Virus record (IMG/VR): IMGVR_UViG_3300022893_000001
Coordinates: 1-64,000 of that record
Origin: a virus
Lineage: Duplodnaviria > Caudoviricetes
Length of the DNA stretch: 64,000 bases
Strand: one strand, 5' to 3'
Numbering within the stretch: the first letter of the stretch is position 1; every line of letters begins with the position of its first letter. A model generated the notes under the pieces. That model was not told the origin of the DNA. It ran no database searches and worked only from the letters and a program-made list of their open reading frames with translations. The position numbers were made by a program, and so were the translations under genes. Below are positions 53,708 to 62,342 of the stretch, piece after piece.

Positions 53708-54637
53708 ATGCTGGCCGTTCTGCAATCGGGGAACTCCCCCGGCGAGGGGCTGCAGCCCCAGAGAGACTCGTCAGAACAAGACGAAAACAGCACTCTGCCT
53801 TTGGCAGATAATCCTGGTTCAAGTCCAGGCGGCCAGCTTAAAATCGCCGTGCTCGCCACTTCGAGCGCCGGCAACTCGACCTTCGTAAGCGATGGAACAA
53901 GCCGTCTGTTAGTCGACTGCGGGCTGTCGCTGCTCGACACCGCTACGCGCCTGGCGGCAATCGGCGAGTCGGTCGATGCCATCGACGCCGTGCTCCTGAC
54001 GCATCCGCATATCGATCACTGCGCCGGCCTGGGGACGCTCATCCGGCGCTGGCGTCGCGGCGGTCGCCTCGTGCCGATCTTCTGCTCGTGGGAAACCAAC
54101 CTGGCGCTCGGCACGGTGATCCCGGCGTTCTGGTTCCAGCCGATCCATCAGAATTCCCGCTGGCAGGTAGGCGAGATCTCCTGCGAGAGCTTCCCTATCG
54201 AGCACGATACGGCCGAGCCGCTCGGCTTCGCCGTCCAACTGGGCAAGATGCGCGCCGCGTTCGCGCTCGACCTGGGCAAGATCGATGAGGCGCTCGGCGA
54301 GTACCTGGCCGATTCGGACTTGGTGTTCCTCGAAGCCAATCACGATCCCGACATGCTCCGCGTCGGGCCGTATGCCTACACCCTGAAGACGAGGATCGCC
54401 CAGACGCACCTGTCCAACGAAGCCGCCTGTGAGTGGATCGGGGAGCACATGACGCACCGGACCCGGCATCTGCTGCTCGGCCATCTGTCCGAGACGACGA
54501 ATGACCCGGAACTGGTGCGCCTGATGGCGCGGCGGGAACTGGATCGCCTAGAGCTCTCCGCCGCGCTCGACGTTATTTCGCCGGGATCTTCGTCTGGACC
54601 GTGGCTGCTGCCGCTGGAGCGGGCTCGGCAGACATAG
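53708..54637 (+). CDS. Metallo-beta-lactamase-fold hydrolase (YycJ/WalJ-like nuclease)
   Basis: SSAGNS, LVDCG, LTHPHIDH, EHD, LEANHD, HLSN, LGHLS. Confidence 0.9.
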   Translation: MLAVLQSGNSPGEGLQPQRDSSEQDENSTLPLADNPGSSPGGQLKIAVLATSSAGNSTFVSDGTSRLLVDCGLSLLDTATRLAAIGESVDAIDAVLLTHPHIDHCAGLGTLIRRWRRGGRLVPIFCSWETNLALGTVIPAFWFQPIHQNSRWQVGEISCESFPIEHDTAEPLGFAVQLGKMRAAFALDLGKIDEALGEYLADSDLVFLEANHDPDMLRVGPYAYTLKTRIAQTHLSNEAACEWIGEHMTHRTRHLLLGHLSETTNDPELVRLMARRELDRLELSAALDVISPGSSSGPWLLPLERARQT

Positions 54638-54881
54638 CCGCCGCCCCGCTGGGCGCTGCGCCGTCGACGACAGTCGCGGTGTAGTAGCCGCCCATGACGA
54701 ACGTGTCGGAGGCAATGGGGAGGGTAACTGAGAAGGACGCTCGCGGCGAGAAGCCGGGCGCGGCGGAGACTTCCTGGAGGTTGATACTGACGGCATCAGT
54801 GGCCGGCGCTTCGCCCGTGGCGGGGATCGACGCGAGGTTCTTATTCTGGCAGCGGAAGCTGATCGTGAGGGACGTAGCCAT
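54573..54881 (-). CDS. Small beta-rich hypothetical protein
   Basis: Protein-like composition; tail overlaps MBL gene convergently. Confidence 0.55.
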   Translation of the reverse strand: MATSLTISFRCQNKNLASIPATGEAPATDAVSINLQEVSAAPGFSPRASFSVTLPIASDTFVMGGYYTATVVDGAAPSGAAAMSAEPAPAAAATVQTKIPAK

Positions 54882-54886
54882 GCGGT

Positions 54887-54988
54887 CTATCGTGTCACAG
54901 TCACAAAGTAAATAATCGCCAGCGAGACGATCCAGTAGAACGCCATCGCGCCCCAGATGAGCAGCCGCTTGAACGTCTCACGCTTCAT
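54887..54988 (-). CDS. 33-aa single-TM peptide (MKRETFKRLLIWGAMAFYWIVSLAIIYFVTVTR)
   Basis: ATGA coupling to upstream gene; basic N-terminus plus hydrophobic helix. Confidence 0.55.
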   Translation of the reverse strand: MKRETFKRLLIWGAMAFYWIVSLAIIYFVTVTR

Positions 54989-55182
54989 CGGTCGCACTCG
55001 CAATCGGCCCAGCGCCTGGTGCACTCCGGACACCAGACGCCCCAGGAGGGATCGTCAGCCGTCTGTGAGCCGCCTGTACCTGCCGCCTGTTGCGCCGCCG
55101 CCCGCGCAGCCGCGGCTTCCGCCGCCACCTCCTCGGCGAGCCGCTTCTTGTACTCGATAGCCTTGCGCTGCGCGAACGTCAT
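54985..55182 (-). CDS. Small protein with C-terminal CxxC..CxC
   Basis: WCPECTRRWADCEC; ATGA coupling. Confidence 0.6.
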   Translation of the reverse strand: MTFAQRKAIEYKKRLAEEVAAEAAAARAAAQQAAGTGGSQTADDPSWGVWCPECTRRWADCECDR

Positions 55183-55406
55183 TTCCGCCGGCCCTCCTTC
55201 TTCTTCTCCGCCAGTTGGGCGCGCACGATCACCTTGACTGCCAGGTCGTAGATGGCGTCATAACTCACGCTGAACCGCCGCCTGGTCCCCTTCTGGCGTA
55301 ACTCAATGTGCCTGGGGTGAAGCTCCACCAGGAGCGGGCGAGATCGCCCGCCGTCCCTGATGCCTACCGCCGTTTCCCGTCTTACTACCTTATCGAGCCG
55401 CGTCAC
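55179..55406 (-). CDS. Small basic protein
   Basis: GGAGG 7 nt before GTG 55406. Confidence 0.65.
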   Translation of the reverse strand: MTRLDKVVRRETAVGIRDGGRSRPLLVELHPRHIELRQKGTRRRFSVSYDAIYDLAVKVIVRAQLAEKKKEGRRK

Positions 55407-55579
55407 TTGGGTTCCTCCATCTTCGGACGGTTCGGACATTCCATCCAATGCCGGCGCAGGATGCGATGGTAAACATCGGCCCCGCAGCCCCACCAGCACT
55501 TGGCCGTTAGTCCGGGGGGACAGCCGGTGTTATTCGGGTCGCCCGGCTTGCGCCCGCTCTTCTGTTTCTTCTTAGTCAT
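55403..55579 (-). CDS. 58-aa protein with TRAF-type-like C2HC zinc finger
   Basis: MTKKKQKSGRKPGDPNNTGCPPGLTAKCWWGCGADVYHRILRRHWMECPNRPKMEEPK; overlaps neighbours at both ends; not in ORF track. Confidence 0.6.
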   Translation of the reverse strand: MTKKKQKSGRKPGDPNNTGCPPGLTAKCWWGCGADVYHRILRRHWMECPNRPKMEEPK

Positions 55580-55997
55580 ATTGGTCCTCGGTTAGCTCGG
55601 CTTCGGGCTCCTCCTCGTCTGCGAAGTAGCCTGGCGGGATGTTATCGGGGTTGTCGAACTCTTCGAGCATGTCGCGCTCGATGTCTACCAGGTCGCTGTC
55701 GCCCACGGCGTTGCTGATGGCGTCGTCGAGGTCTTCGTACTCGCCGGTCGTGTCCCCGCAGTAGTCGCAGTTGCAGACGTAGCTGCCCGTGCCTACGCGC
55801 GCCACGCTGGGGATCGCCTGGAAGCCCCTAGCCTCCCGGTCGATAAAGTCGTCCGAGCGGTTGATGTGCTCGGACCATTCCACCTTGCCCGTCCGGTAGA
55901 CGTGCAGCTTGTGCCAGTTGCGGTGGTGTTCGTGGGCGGAGTATTCGGGCGCAGCGGCGATCACCGCTTCGCGCGCCTGTTCGCGGAGCGTGCTCAT
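55572..55997 (-). CDS. Acidic hypothetical protein (CNCDYC)
   Basis: ATGA coupling; GC3 bias. Confidence 0.7.
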   Translation of the reverse strand: MSTLREQAREAVIAAAPEYSAHEHHRNWHKLHVYRTGKVEWSEHINRSDDFIDREARGFQAIPSVARVGTGSYVCNCDYCGDTTGEYEDLDDAISNAVGDSDLVDIERDMLEEFDNPDNIPPGYFADEEEPEAELTEDQYD

Positions 55998-56221
55998 GCG
56001 GTCTTCTCCGCGACGTCGTCGGGCTCCATGCCCATTTCGAGCAGCCTGGCGCGGGCCTCGCTGCGGCTCAACGGGGTTGTCTTGTTGGCGCGGTCCTGCC
56101 AGGCTCCGCGTTCGCCCCCGTTCTCGTCTCGAAAGAAGTAGTCCTCGCCGATTCGGACGACGGACTCGGTTGTGAATTCGTACTCTTGCGTAGCCAGTAC
56201 GATGGCTTTGTCTTTTGCCAT
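55994..56221 (-). CDS. Hypothetical protein
   Basis: GAGGTGAGG RBS. Confidence 0.7.
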   Translation of the reverse strand: MAKDKAIVLATQEYEFTTESVVRIGEDYFFRDENGGERGAWQDRANKTTPLSRSEARARLLEMGMEPDDVAEKTA

Positions 56222-56282
56222 AACCTCACCTCGGGGAAAGAATCCCAGCGGAGCGCACTGTCACTGCGCCCTCCGCGACTCT

Positions 56283-56819
56283 CTACTTCTTTTGCTTTTG
56301 GATCAGCTTGGTCAGTCGGACCTGTTCGACCAGGTCAGCCGCTCGTTGCTCCTCTTGCTTCGCCCACTCCCACGGGGTTGCAGGGTTCGCTTTGTCCGGG
56401 ATGCCAAACTCCGCCTTGACCATCGCCACGGCTCCGTAATAGCCGCGCGCCTCGCGCAAGGCATCCTCGTCTACCTGGCCGTTCGAGTTCACCGGGATCA
56501 GAGGCCGGTCGTCGTCGTCGGACGCGCGCACCTCCCACAACTCCCCGCCCAGCGCGGCAAACATGCCCGCGCTATAAGCCCCGCCGGCACTGTGATGGCC
56601 GAAAAACGAGATGCCCGCCTTGGCCCAGTCGGTCACCTCCTGGGCATGGCCGTAATTGGCGTCGCCGTCGTATAACTGGGTATAGAGTTCGGTTTCCTCC
56701 TGGATCGTGTCTTCGTCGTACCCGACTTCGTCCACATTCACGCAAAGGCCGATATCCTCGGCCATCCGCTCTGCCTTCTTCGCTGGGGCATAAATCGTAA
56801 AGCTGCATCGGTCGCCCAT
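56283..56819 (-). CDS. Acidic hypothetical protein
   Basis: GGAGGTGAAGTAATG junction. Confidence 0.7.
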   Translation of the reverse strand: MGDRCSFTIYAPAKKAERMAEDIGLCVNVDEVGYDEDTIQEETELYTQLYDGDANYGHAQEVTDWAKAGISFFGHHSAGGAYSAGMFAALGGELWEVRASDDDDRPLIPVNSNGQVDEDALREARGYYGAVAMVKAEFGIPDKANPATPWEWAKQEEQRAADLVEQVRLTKLIQKQKK

Positions 56820-57121
56820 TACTTCACCTCCTGTTTTTCGAGTCTGATCTTGAACACGGAACTACCCATCTCGCCGTCGCCATAGCCCTCGCCGTCGCCG
56901 ATTGTCATCGAACCCAGGACTTCCAGGTCGCCTTCGGCGAGTTCGACGGTGTCCATGTCGTAGCGGAGGTTATATTCCGCCGCTTGCTGCATGGCAAGGT
57001 ACGTCACCGGGCTCCAACCGCCGCACACGCTCTCGTCTTCGTAGATCTCCATCGCCAAATGGGTGTCGTCCGGGTCGCCCTCATAGGGACGCCAGGAAAG
57101 AATCGCCATGACTGCCGCCAT
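56819..57121 (-). CDS. Acidic hypothetical protein
   Basis: GGAGGTGAAGTAATG junction. Confidence 0.7.
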   Translation of the reverse strand: MAAVMAILSWRPYEGDPDDTHLAMEIYEDESVCGGWSPVTYLAMQQAAEYNLRYDMDTVELAEGDLEVLGSMTIGDGEGYGDGEMGSSVFKIRLEKQEVK

Positions 57122-57624
57122 TACTTCACCTCCGCTTTCGATATGTCCGTTGCCGCCGCCGGAACGTCCTCGTGGTCGAAGTCATCGACCTTGCCCCGGT
57201 AGCCGCACGCGACGCAGTAGGCCGGCGAGTCTCCGCCCCACTCGGTGTCCTGGCACTGGGCGTCATCCGTGGACGTCTCGATGTCGTCCTCATCGTGTTC
57301 GATCAGCCGCGCGTTGACCTGCATCGTGATTTCAATGCGGTCAATGCGCTTGCACTTCGGACACCAGAAGCGCGTGAGCGGCTTGTGATCGCTCATCACC
57401 TCGCTTGCCGGTTCCGGCTGTTGAATCCACTTTTCGAGCGACGTGAACGCTAGCGCCCACTCATCGAAGAACGCCTCCAGCGTGTTATACAGATCCGCCT
57501 CGCCAGGTTCGTTCGATACCTGGATCACCGGCCCGCAGTCTATCGGTAGCTCGCGCAGGTAGACGGGCAGGACTTCGTTAAGCCCGTTCACTACCGTGCC
57601 GATTTGAAATTTGATGTTACTCAT
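57121..57624 (-). CDS. Two-domain protein with zinc ribbon
   Basis: FWCPKC...YCVACG; RBS GAGGTGA. Confidence 0.7.
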   Translation of the reverse strand: MSNIKFQIGTVVNGLNEVLPVYLRELPIDCGPVIQVSNEPGEADLYNTLEAFFDEWALAFTSLEKWIQQPEPASEVMSDHKPLTRFWCPKCKRIDRIEITMQVNARLIEHDEDDIETSTDDAQCQDTEWGGDSPAYCVACGYRGKVDDFDHEDVPAAATDISKAEVK

Positions 57625-57842
57625 CGCTTCACCTCTAATTTGAATTGCCAATCCTCGGATAATGCGCGGTTCCGCTGGCTCACATAGAAGCCGGCATCCT
57701 CGCGCGATAACTGAAACTCGCTCATGAAATAATCGGCCAACTCTTGATCGGTCGAAGATTCATCGTTCACGAGTGCCATCGCAATTAAATCGGCGCGCTC
57801 GCGCGCCAGTACGGCACTCGCCCGGTGGGCTGGTATCTTCAT
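57621..57842 (-). CDS. Hypothetical protein
   Basis: ATGA couplings. Confidence 0.65.
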   Translation of the reverse strand: MKIPAHRASAVLARERADLIAMALVNDESSTDQELADYFMSEFQLSREDAGFYVSQRNRALSEDWQFKLEVKR

Positions 57843-58081
57843 CGCTCCCATGCCTCCCGAATCAATTCGCCTTCGCCGTCGTTGGCCTCCACCGGCTCGA
57901 CTTCGATTACCTCCCATTGGTAGGCGGCACGCGCCTCGGTGCGCTCGCGCTTAGTGGGCTCCAGTGCCACCATCTCGCGTTTCCACTCGCGCGCCCACGT
58001 CTCCGCCTTGCGCTTCGAAGTGAACTCATAGGGGAATGTGTCGCAAGCGTGGCCGTTATCCCAATACACCTTGTAGGTCAC
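57839..58081 (-). CDS. Hypothetical protein
   Basis: GTGA coupling; GGAGG RBS. Confidence 0.65.
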   Translation of the reverse strand: MTYKVYWDNGHACDTFPYEFTSKRKAETWAREWKREMVALEPTKRERTEARAAYQWEVIEVEPVEANDGEGELIREAWER

Positions 58082-58410
58082 CGCTTGGCCTCCAACTGGG
58101 CCCGGCACGCCTCATAGAGCAAGGCGCGAAACGCGAGATAGCCCGCCTGGTTCAGCGTGTCCACAACCGCCGCATAGCGGTTGTCTTCTTCGATCCAGAG
58201 CAAGTCGAGCCCGCCCGAATAGTCGCAAGGCGGGGACTCTTTAATCCAGATGACGGCTAACTCCTGGGCCCGGTCTTTGAGCGTCTGGATAGCGTACTCG
58301 CTCAACCATTCCGGTTGATTGCATGGGTTGTTCGGACAATCCCGGTGATGGTCCGACTGATCGTCCTGAATGAACATGCCGCAGTTGCAGTCAACCTTAT
58401 TCCTCTTCAT
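58078..58410 (-). CDS. Hypothetical protein with Cys/His N-terminus
   Basis: CNCG..HHRDCP..C. Confidence 0.65.
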   Translation of the reverse strand: MKRNKVDCNCGMFIQDDQSDHHRDCPNNPCNQPEWLSEYAIQTLKDRAQELAVIWIKESPPCDYSGGLDLLWIEEDNRYAAVVDTLNQAGYLAFRALLYEACRAQLEAKR

Positions 58411-58594
58411 GGAAGCCCCACTCGCCCACGGTGTTACCGTTCGCGTCCCGGATCTTGCCTTCGTCGTTCCGGTCGAAGTCGGTGCGCCTCGCCAGTTGTT
58501 TCAATGCCAGGGCTACGTCGTCGCGCGATTGCATGGCGTCGTTGCCCATTTCGATTTGGAGTCGGAATACTACCGTTGCTCGTTTGATTCTCAT
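58397..58594 (-). CDS. Hypothetical protein
   Basis: F.L.IE.GNDAM..G.IRD.NGNTVGEW pattern; RBS GAGGTGA. Confidence 0.7.
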   Translation of the reverse strand: MRIKRATVVFRLQIEMGNDAMQSRDDVALALKQLARRTDFDRNDEGKIRDANGNTVGEWGFHEEE

Positions 58595-58606
58595 CGCTCG
58601 TCACCT

Positions 58607-58849
58607 CTAACCTTTCTTCCACTGCGCCACTTCTAGACTGGTCAACTCAGGGATGGCAGACATAGAAACCTCCGCCGCCCCCGAGCCAATCCAGTCTTCA
58701 AAAAGATCCTCCCGGACCTTGATAATGAGCCAAGCGGGAATGCCTGTAATGGGCGCGGCCACCCGCTCCCCGCTTTCTACGTCGATCACTAACAATGTGT
58801 AGTGCCGAGCGAGTGCAATGCAGTCGATGCGTACCTTTTGAACTGCCAT
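58607..58849 (-). CDS. Hypothetical protein
   Basis: RBS GAGGTGA. Confidence 0.65.
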   Translation of the reverse strand: MAVQKVRIDCIALARHYTLLVIDVESGERVAAPITGIPAWLIIKVREDLFEDWIGSGAAEVSMSAIPELTSLEVAQWKKG

Positions 58850-58901
58850 CTTTCACCTCGAAACCAACTTATCCCGGCTCCGCCAAGAGCCTTACCACTT
58901 G

Positions 58902-58944
58902 AGCATGACACGAGCAACTACACCGCGCAACTTTATTTTCAAAT
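58902..58944 (-). promoter_or_regulatory. Leftward sigma70-type promoter
   Basis: TTGCGC (58930-58925)-N17-CATGCT (58907-58902) with AT-rich UP-like element at 58931-58944. Confidence 0.5.
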
Positions 58945-58962
58945 CCGCGGTGGAGCTCTGGA

Positions 58963-59020
58963 TCAGCCGTCTGTCAGCCGCCTGCGCGCGCCACTTCAGC
59001 CGTCTGTCAGCCGCCTGCGC
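58963..59020. repeat. 25-bp exact direct repeat containing four phased TCAGCCG heptamers
   Basis: TCAGCCGTCTGTCAGCCGCCTGCGC at 58963-58987 and 58996-59020. Confidence 0.9.
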
Positions 59021-59101
59021 CCGCCCGGCGGGCCGGCTCCGCCGGCCGCGCGGCCTGGGCCGGGGCCCGGCGGGAGCCCTCGCCCCCGCCCGCCCGCCCG
59101 C

Positions 59102-59371
59102 CTACTTGCGCCACCGGCACGGCACTTGCCCGGTCGCGCACTTCGCGGCAAACTCTCGCCGCGCTCGCGCCTCGGCGCGCTCGAAAGCTACCGCCTCGGC
59201 TGCGGCTTCCTCCGCCGCTTCGCACTCTGAATCGGTCGCGCATCCGCCGAGCGTGCGCACCTGGGCCGGCGGAGGGGCTCGGCGGGAACCCCCCGCCGCC
59301 GTCCAACCCGCCGCCGCCATCAGGACCGCGCCCGCGATCAGGACCAACCACTCGCGCCAACGGGAACTCAT
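59102..59371 (-). CDS. Membrane-anchored small protein with CATDSECE motif
   Basis: N-terminal hydrophobic helix; ATGA coupling. Confidence 0.6.
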   Translation of the reverse strand: MSSRWREWLVLIAGAVLMAAAGWTAAGGSRRAPPPAQVRTLGGCATDSECEAAEEAAAEAVAFERAEARARREFAAKCATGQVPCRWRK

Positions 59372-59565
59372 ACCGCCGTCCCCCCGATGCCTTTGAACAG
59401 TTCGCCTGGGTCAAGTTCAAGCTCCAAAACGACACGCGCGGGCCTGGAGTCGTTCGCCAGGCGCATAATCGCGAGCCGCATGTCCAGGTGCACGTCGCCC
59501 CCGGTATGGAACCCAAGATCCTCCAGAGTCGCGAGCGCGTTGTCTAACGCCTCCCGGATTCTCAC
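59368..59565 (-). CDS. Small helical protein (paralogue of N-terminus of 61593-61937)
   Basis: IREALDNALATLEDLGFHTGGDVHLDMRLAIMRL; GTGA coupling. Confidence 0.7.
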   Translation of the reverse strand: MRIREALDNALATLEDLGFHTGGDVHLDMRLAIMRLANDSRPARVVLELELDPGELFKGIGGTAV

Positions 59566-59798
59566 GGGGCCACCATGAGCAGAACTTCCTCGGCTCCGTA
59601 CACTTTCGACTCGCCGCAGGACTCGCACTCCCCGCCGCGCGTGTCGGGCTCGTACCCGCTGAAATGCTGGGCTCCGCAACCCAGGCAGTAACTGACGTAT
59701 TCGGTCCCGAACATGCTCGTTCGAACCGCTTGCATGAGTTCGTCCAAGTCAATCTTGGAAGCCGCCTCACGCGCGTTAAATTTGGCCTTCTGAGCCAT
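59562..59798 (-). CDS. Zinc-ribbon protein
   Basis: YCLGCG..EPD.R..CESCG...VYGAEE. Confidence 0.75.
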   Translation of the reverse strand: MAQKAKFNAREAASKIDLDELMQAVRTSMFGTEYVSYCLGCGAQHFSGYEPDTRGGECESCGESKVYGAEEVLLMVAP

Positions 59799-59880
59799 CA
59801 CTACACCTCGACTATGGGAAAGTATCCCCCCGGACCATCGCGCGCCCCCAGTGGAACGCGCGGGCCCGAAGTCACACTCT

Positions 59881-60174
59881 CTAGATGTCACAGCAACCGC
59901 AACAGGGCGCATCTTCGCATCGTCCCCGCCGGTTGCGCGTGAAGGTTTGCCCGTCGCCGAAGGTCACCACATTGACCTCCGCCCCGGCTCGCCGGTACGG
60001 CCAACGCGAGCCCGCCGCAGCCGCTCGTCCCCGCCGCCCCTGAGCCACGAGCACGCGAGCCGCGCCCGCCTGGTCCTCAGGGAGTAACCAGCCCTTCTGG
60101 CCGGCGTCCCATTCGCCCCCCATCGCGCGCAACTGGGCCCGGTGCGGGTAAGTGTCGCCCGTTATCAGGATCAC
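59881..60174 (-). CDS. Small protein with GRCEDAPCCGCC motif
   Basis: ITGDTYPHR..LR..GG.WD...KGW N-domain plus Cys cluster. Confidence 0.75.
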   Translation of the reverse strand: MILITGDTYPHRAQLRAMGGEWDAGQKGWLLPEDQAGAARVLVAQGRRGRAAAAGSRWPYRRAGAEVNVVTFGDGQTFTRNRRGRCEDAPCCGCCDI

Positions 60175-60479
60175 GCCGCACCTCCCCGGTTCATCGTGAG
60201 AGCCTCTTGCAGTTCGCTCTCGTGACACGATAGATCCCCGCAAACGCATAGGCCCGTTTCCTGCATACCGTGCGCCTGTGGGCGCGCTACGGGCCCATAG
60301 AGCACCTCTACCAGGTCAAGCCCGCCGGGCCGGTTCATCGACCCATCCCGCCACGCGATCCACCGCAACGGCCACGGTCCCGGCTCGCGCTCGCAAATTA
60401 TGCCGGCGTCAATGTCGCCCCAGCCGTTCCAGTCAACGTGCGTGCCAACGGGCAACGCATCGAAAGTCTCGAATGTCAT
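60171..60479 (-). CDS. Hypothetical protein
   Basis: GAGGTGAGG RBS before ATG 60479. Confidence 0.65.
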   Translation of the reverse strand: MTFETFDALPVGTHVDWNGWGDIDAGIICEREPGPWPLRWIAWRDGSMNRPGGLDLVEVLYGPVARPQAHGMQETGLCVCGDLSCHESELQEALTMNRGGAA

Positions 60480-60493
60480 AACCTCACCTCTCC

Positions 60494-60667
60494 CTATTTC
60501 CAACCGAATAACCAGCACGCCATGCGCCAGCAAATTAAACCGCCGATCCCCAGGCATAGCAGATTCCATGCCATTTGGAATAAGAAACAAACGCCCATCA
60601 CGATGAACATAGCCGCCATAGCCAGGAAGCCCGCCACCTTGCCAATTACGTCAATAACAACTCTCAT
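60494..60667 (-). CDS. 57-aa two-TM membrane protein
   Basis: MRVVIDVIGKVAGFLAMAAMFIVMGVCFLFQMAWNLLCLGIGGLICWRMACWLFGWK; RBS GAGGTGA; not in ORF track. Confidence 0.6.
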   Translation of the reverse strand: MRVVIDVIGKVAGFLAMAAMFIVMGVCFLFQMAWNLLCLGIGGLICWRMACWLFGWK

Positions 60668-60752
60668 GCTTTCACCTCAACCTTTACCGCGATAGATTCG
60701 CGCCGGGCTCCCTCCGCTCACACTGCGGAGTGAACCCATGCGAGCCCGCCGC

Positions 60753-61241
60753 CTAGCGCCCCTGTTCGATCACCGTGCCAATGGTGTAGGACTCGCGCGC
60801 CTCTTCCATGTACTCGGAGATCATCGCTTCGTCGTCGCGATCCTCTCCGCCTGGGTGCGCGGCTTCGTATTGCTCCGCCCCGCCGTTCTCGCACACGTAT
60901 GAGAGCAACGCCCAGGTTGCCGCCGCCTCTGAATCGTGCAGAGTGACGCGAGCGGGAAGTCCCCGCCCGCCATCCCCGCCGCTAATCGACAGCGCCCACT
61001 TGAGCGACGCATACGGCCCCCGGCTACAGTGCCGCAACGGTAGGAAGCGCACGCCTTCCCCCAGTTGCATCAGGAATTCTTCGAACGACACCGGGAGCGT
61101 ATACGCTCCCCCGTTCGCCGGGTCAACGGCCCGGTTGAATCCCGGCTGGTCCTGAATTTCCCACAGTAGGCGCATGGCCTGGGTAAACTGCGCCTCCATC
61201 TGGACAGGCGTCATGCCGCGCTTAGATAATGGCGTCGCCAT
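60753..61241 (-). CDS. Hypothetical protein
   Basis: RBS GAGGAG; GC3 bias. Confidence 0.6.
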   Translation of the reverse strand: MATPLSKRGMTPVQMEAQFTQAMRLLWEIQDQPGFNRAVDPANGGAYTLPVSFEEFLMQLGEGVRFLPLRHCSRGPYASLKWALSISGGDGGRGLPARVTLHDSEAAATWALLSYVCENGGAEQYEAAHPGGEDRDDEAMISEYMEEARESYTIGTVIEQGR

Positions 61242-61243
61242 GT

Positions 61244-61591
61244 TTAGTACTCCTCGGCGAGCATGATCGTTAACACGCGCGTCGTTACGCCTGGGTTCGC
61301 CGGGTCGTCGCTCCCGTATTCGAGCCCTTTGTCGTAATAGTCGATTTTCCAGTTGACCTTGCCGGCCCCGGCTTGATCGAACGAGCCGAAGTCCCGCTCC
61401 CCGTAAGGATCGTTTTTCTCGCTGAACTGATCGAACAGTTCGACCCGCTCGCGTATCCTCGACTGCACCGCATCCGGCAACGCCCGTATACCAGGCGTCA
61501 CAACCACTTTCGAGCAAACGCCCATAGCCGTTCGCGCCAAATCGTTTAGCTTGGCGATCGCGTGCGCGTCTCGCTTTGATGCCGCCGCCAT
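61244..61591 (-). CDS. DUF3768-domain protein
   Basis: IA.LND..R..NDPYGERDFG..WKIDYYD..YGS.DPA.P.VT.RVLTIMLAEEY. Confidence 0.88.
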   Translation of the reverse strand: MAAASKRDAHAIAKLNDLARTAMGVCSKVVVTPGIRALPDAVQSRIRERVELFDQFSEKNDPYGERDFGSFDQAGAGKVNWKIDYYDKGLEYGSDDPANPGVTTRVLTIMLAEEY

Positions 61592-61592
61592 G

Positions 61593-61937
61593 TTATTGTT
61601 TCTCCCGAAATTCGCGGTAGTCCACGAGAATGTCGTCGTCGCCGGCCATCTTGGCGAAATAATCTTCCGGGTCATCCGGTCCCCAGATGTACGTCTGGAT
61701 ATCTTCCGGGTCATCCGCCGGGAACTGCAAGCGGAGCATGGCTTCGACCTCGTCTAGCGTGCGCTCGCAATAGAGCCCGGTCCCCATCACCTCATCCGCC
61801 GGCATGGCCGCGCGATCAAGCCGCCGGATAGCCGCCGCCAAGTCATCGTGAATGTCGCCCCCGGCTGTATAGCCGAGCGTCTCCAGAGCCGTTAGCGCGT
61901 TTTTGAGCCCGTCGCGCACGGTCATATTCGTCGTCAT
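61593..61937 (-). CDS. Two-domain hypothetical protein
   Basis: RBS GAGGTGA; N-domain paralogous to 59368-59565. Confidence 0.7.
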   Translation of the reverse strand: MTTNMTVRDGLKNALTALETLGYTAGGDIHDDLAAAIRRLDRAAMPADEVMGTGLYCERTLDEVEAMLRLQFPADDPEDIQTYIWGPDDPEDYFAKMAGDDDILVDYREFREKQ

Positions 61938-62018
61938 CAAATCACCTCAACTTTGAAATTGGGAAAGAATCCCGCCGCTGAAAGGCCCGGCTTCCACCGG
62001 GCCCGCTCGCGCGACTCT

Positions 62019-62342
62019 TTAGCCAAATAGAAACGTCGCCATTGAACCCATGACCATATTCCCCACCTGGAATAGCGGGCCCTCGTCGCCCCAGTTGCCG
62101 TAGGCGTCCCGGTAGGCTTTCACTACCAGGCGGTAGCCCTCCAGAGCGCCCCGGATCGAGGTGTCCAGTTCCGAGCCCGGCTCCACCTCGACAAACGCCC
62201 GCTGGAATTCCGGGTCGCCGTCTATGAGCGACTCCAGAACCCCGTCTACCTCATAGGGCCCGATCTGATATTTGATGACGGGCACGCCGTCGCCATAGCC
62301 CCAGTCAAGCCCGCCAGTTACTAACTCTGTACCTTGATCCAT
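62019..62342 (-). CDS. Acidic hypothetical protein
   Basis: RBS AGGAGA; operon continuity. Confidence 0.65.
   Translation of the reverse strand: MDQGTELVTGGLDWGYGDGVPVIKYQIGPYEVDGVLESLIDGDPEFQRAFVEVEPGSELDTSIRGALEGYRLVVKAYRDAYGNWGDEGPLFQVGNMVMGSMATFLFG

Noticed and set aside
58963-59020. CRISPR mini-array
   Set aside because: Only two 25-bp copies with an 8-bp spacer, and no cas genes.
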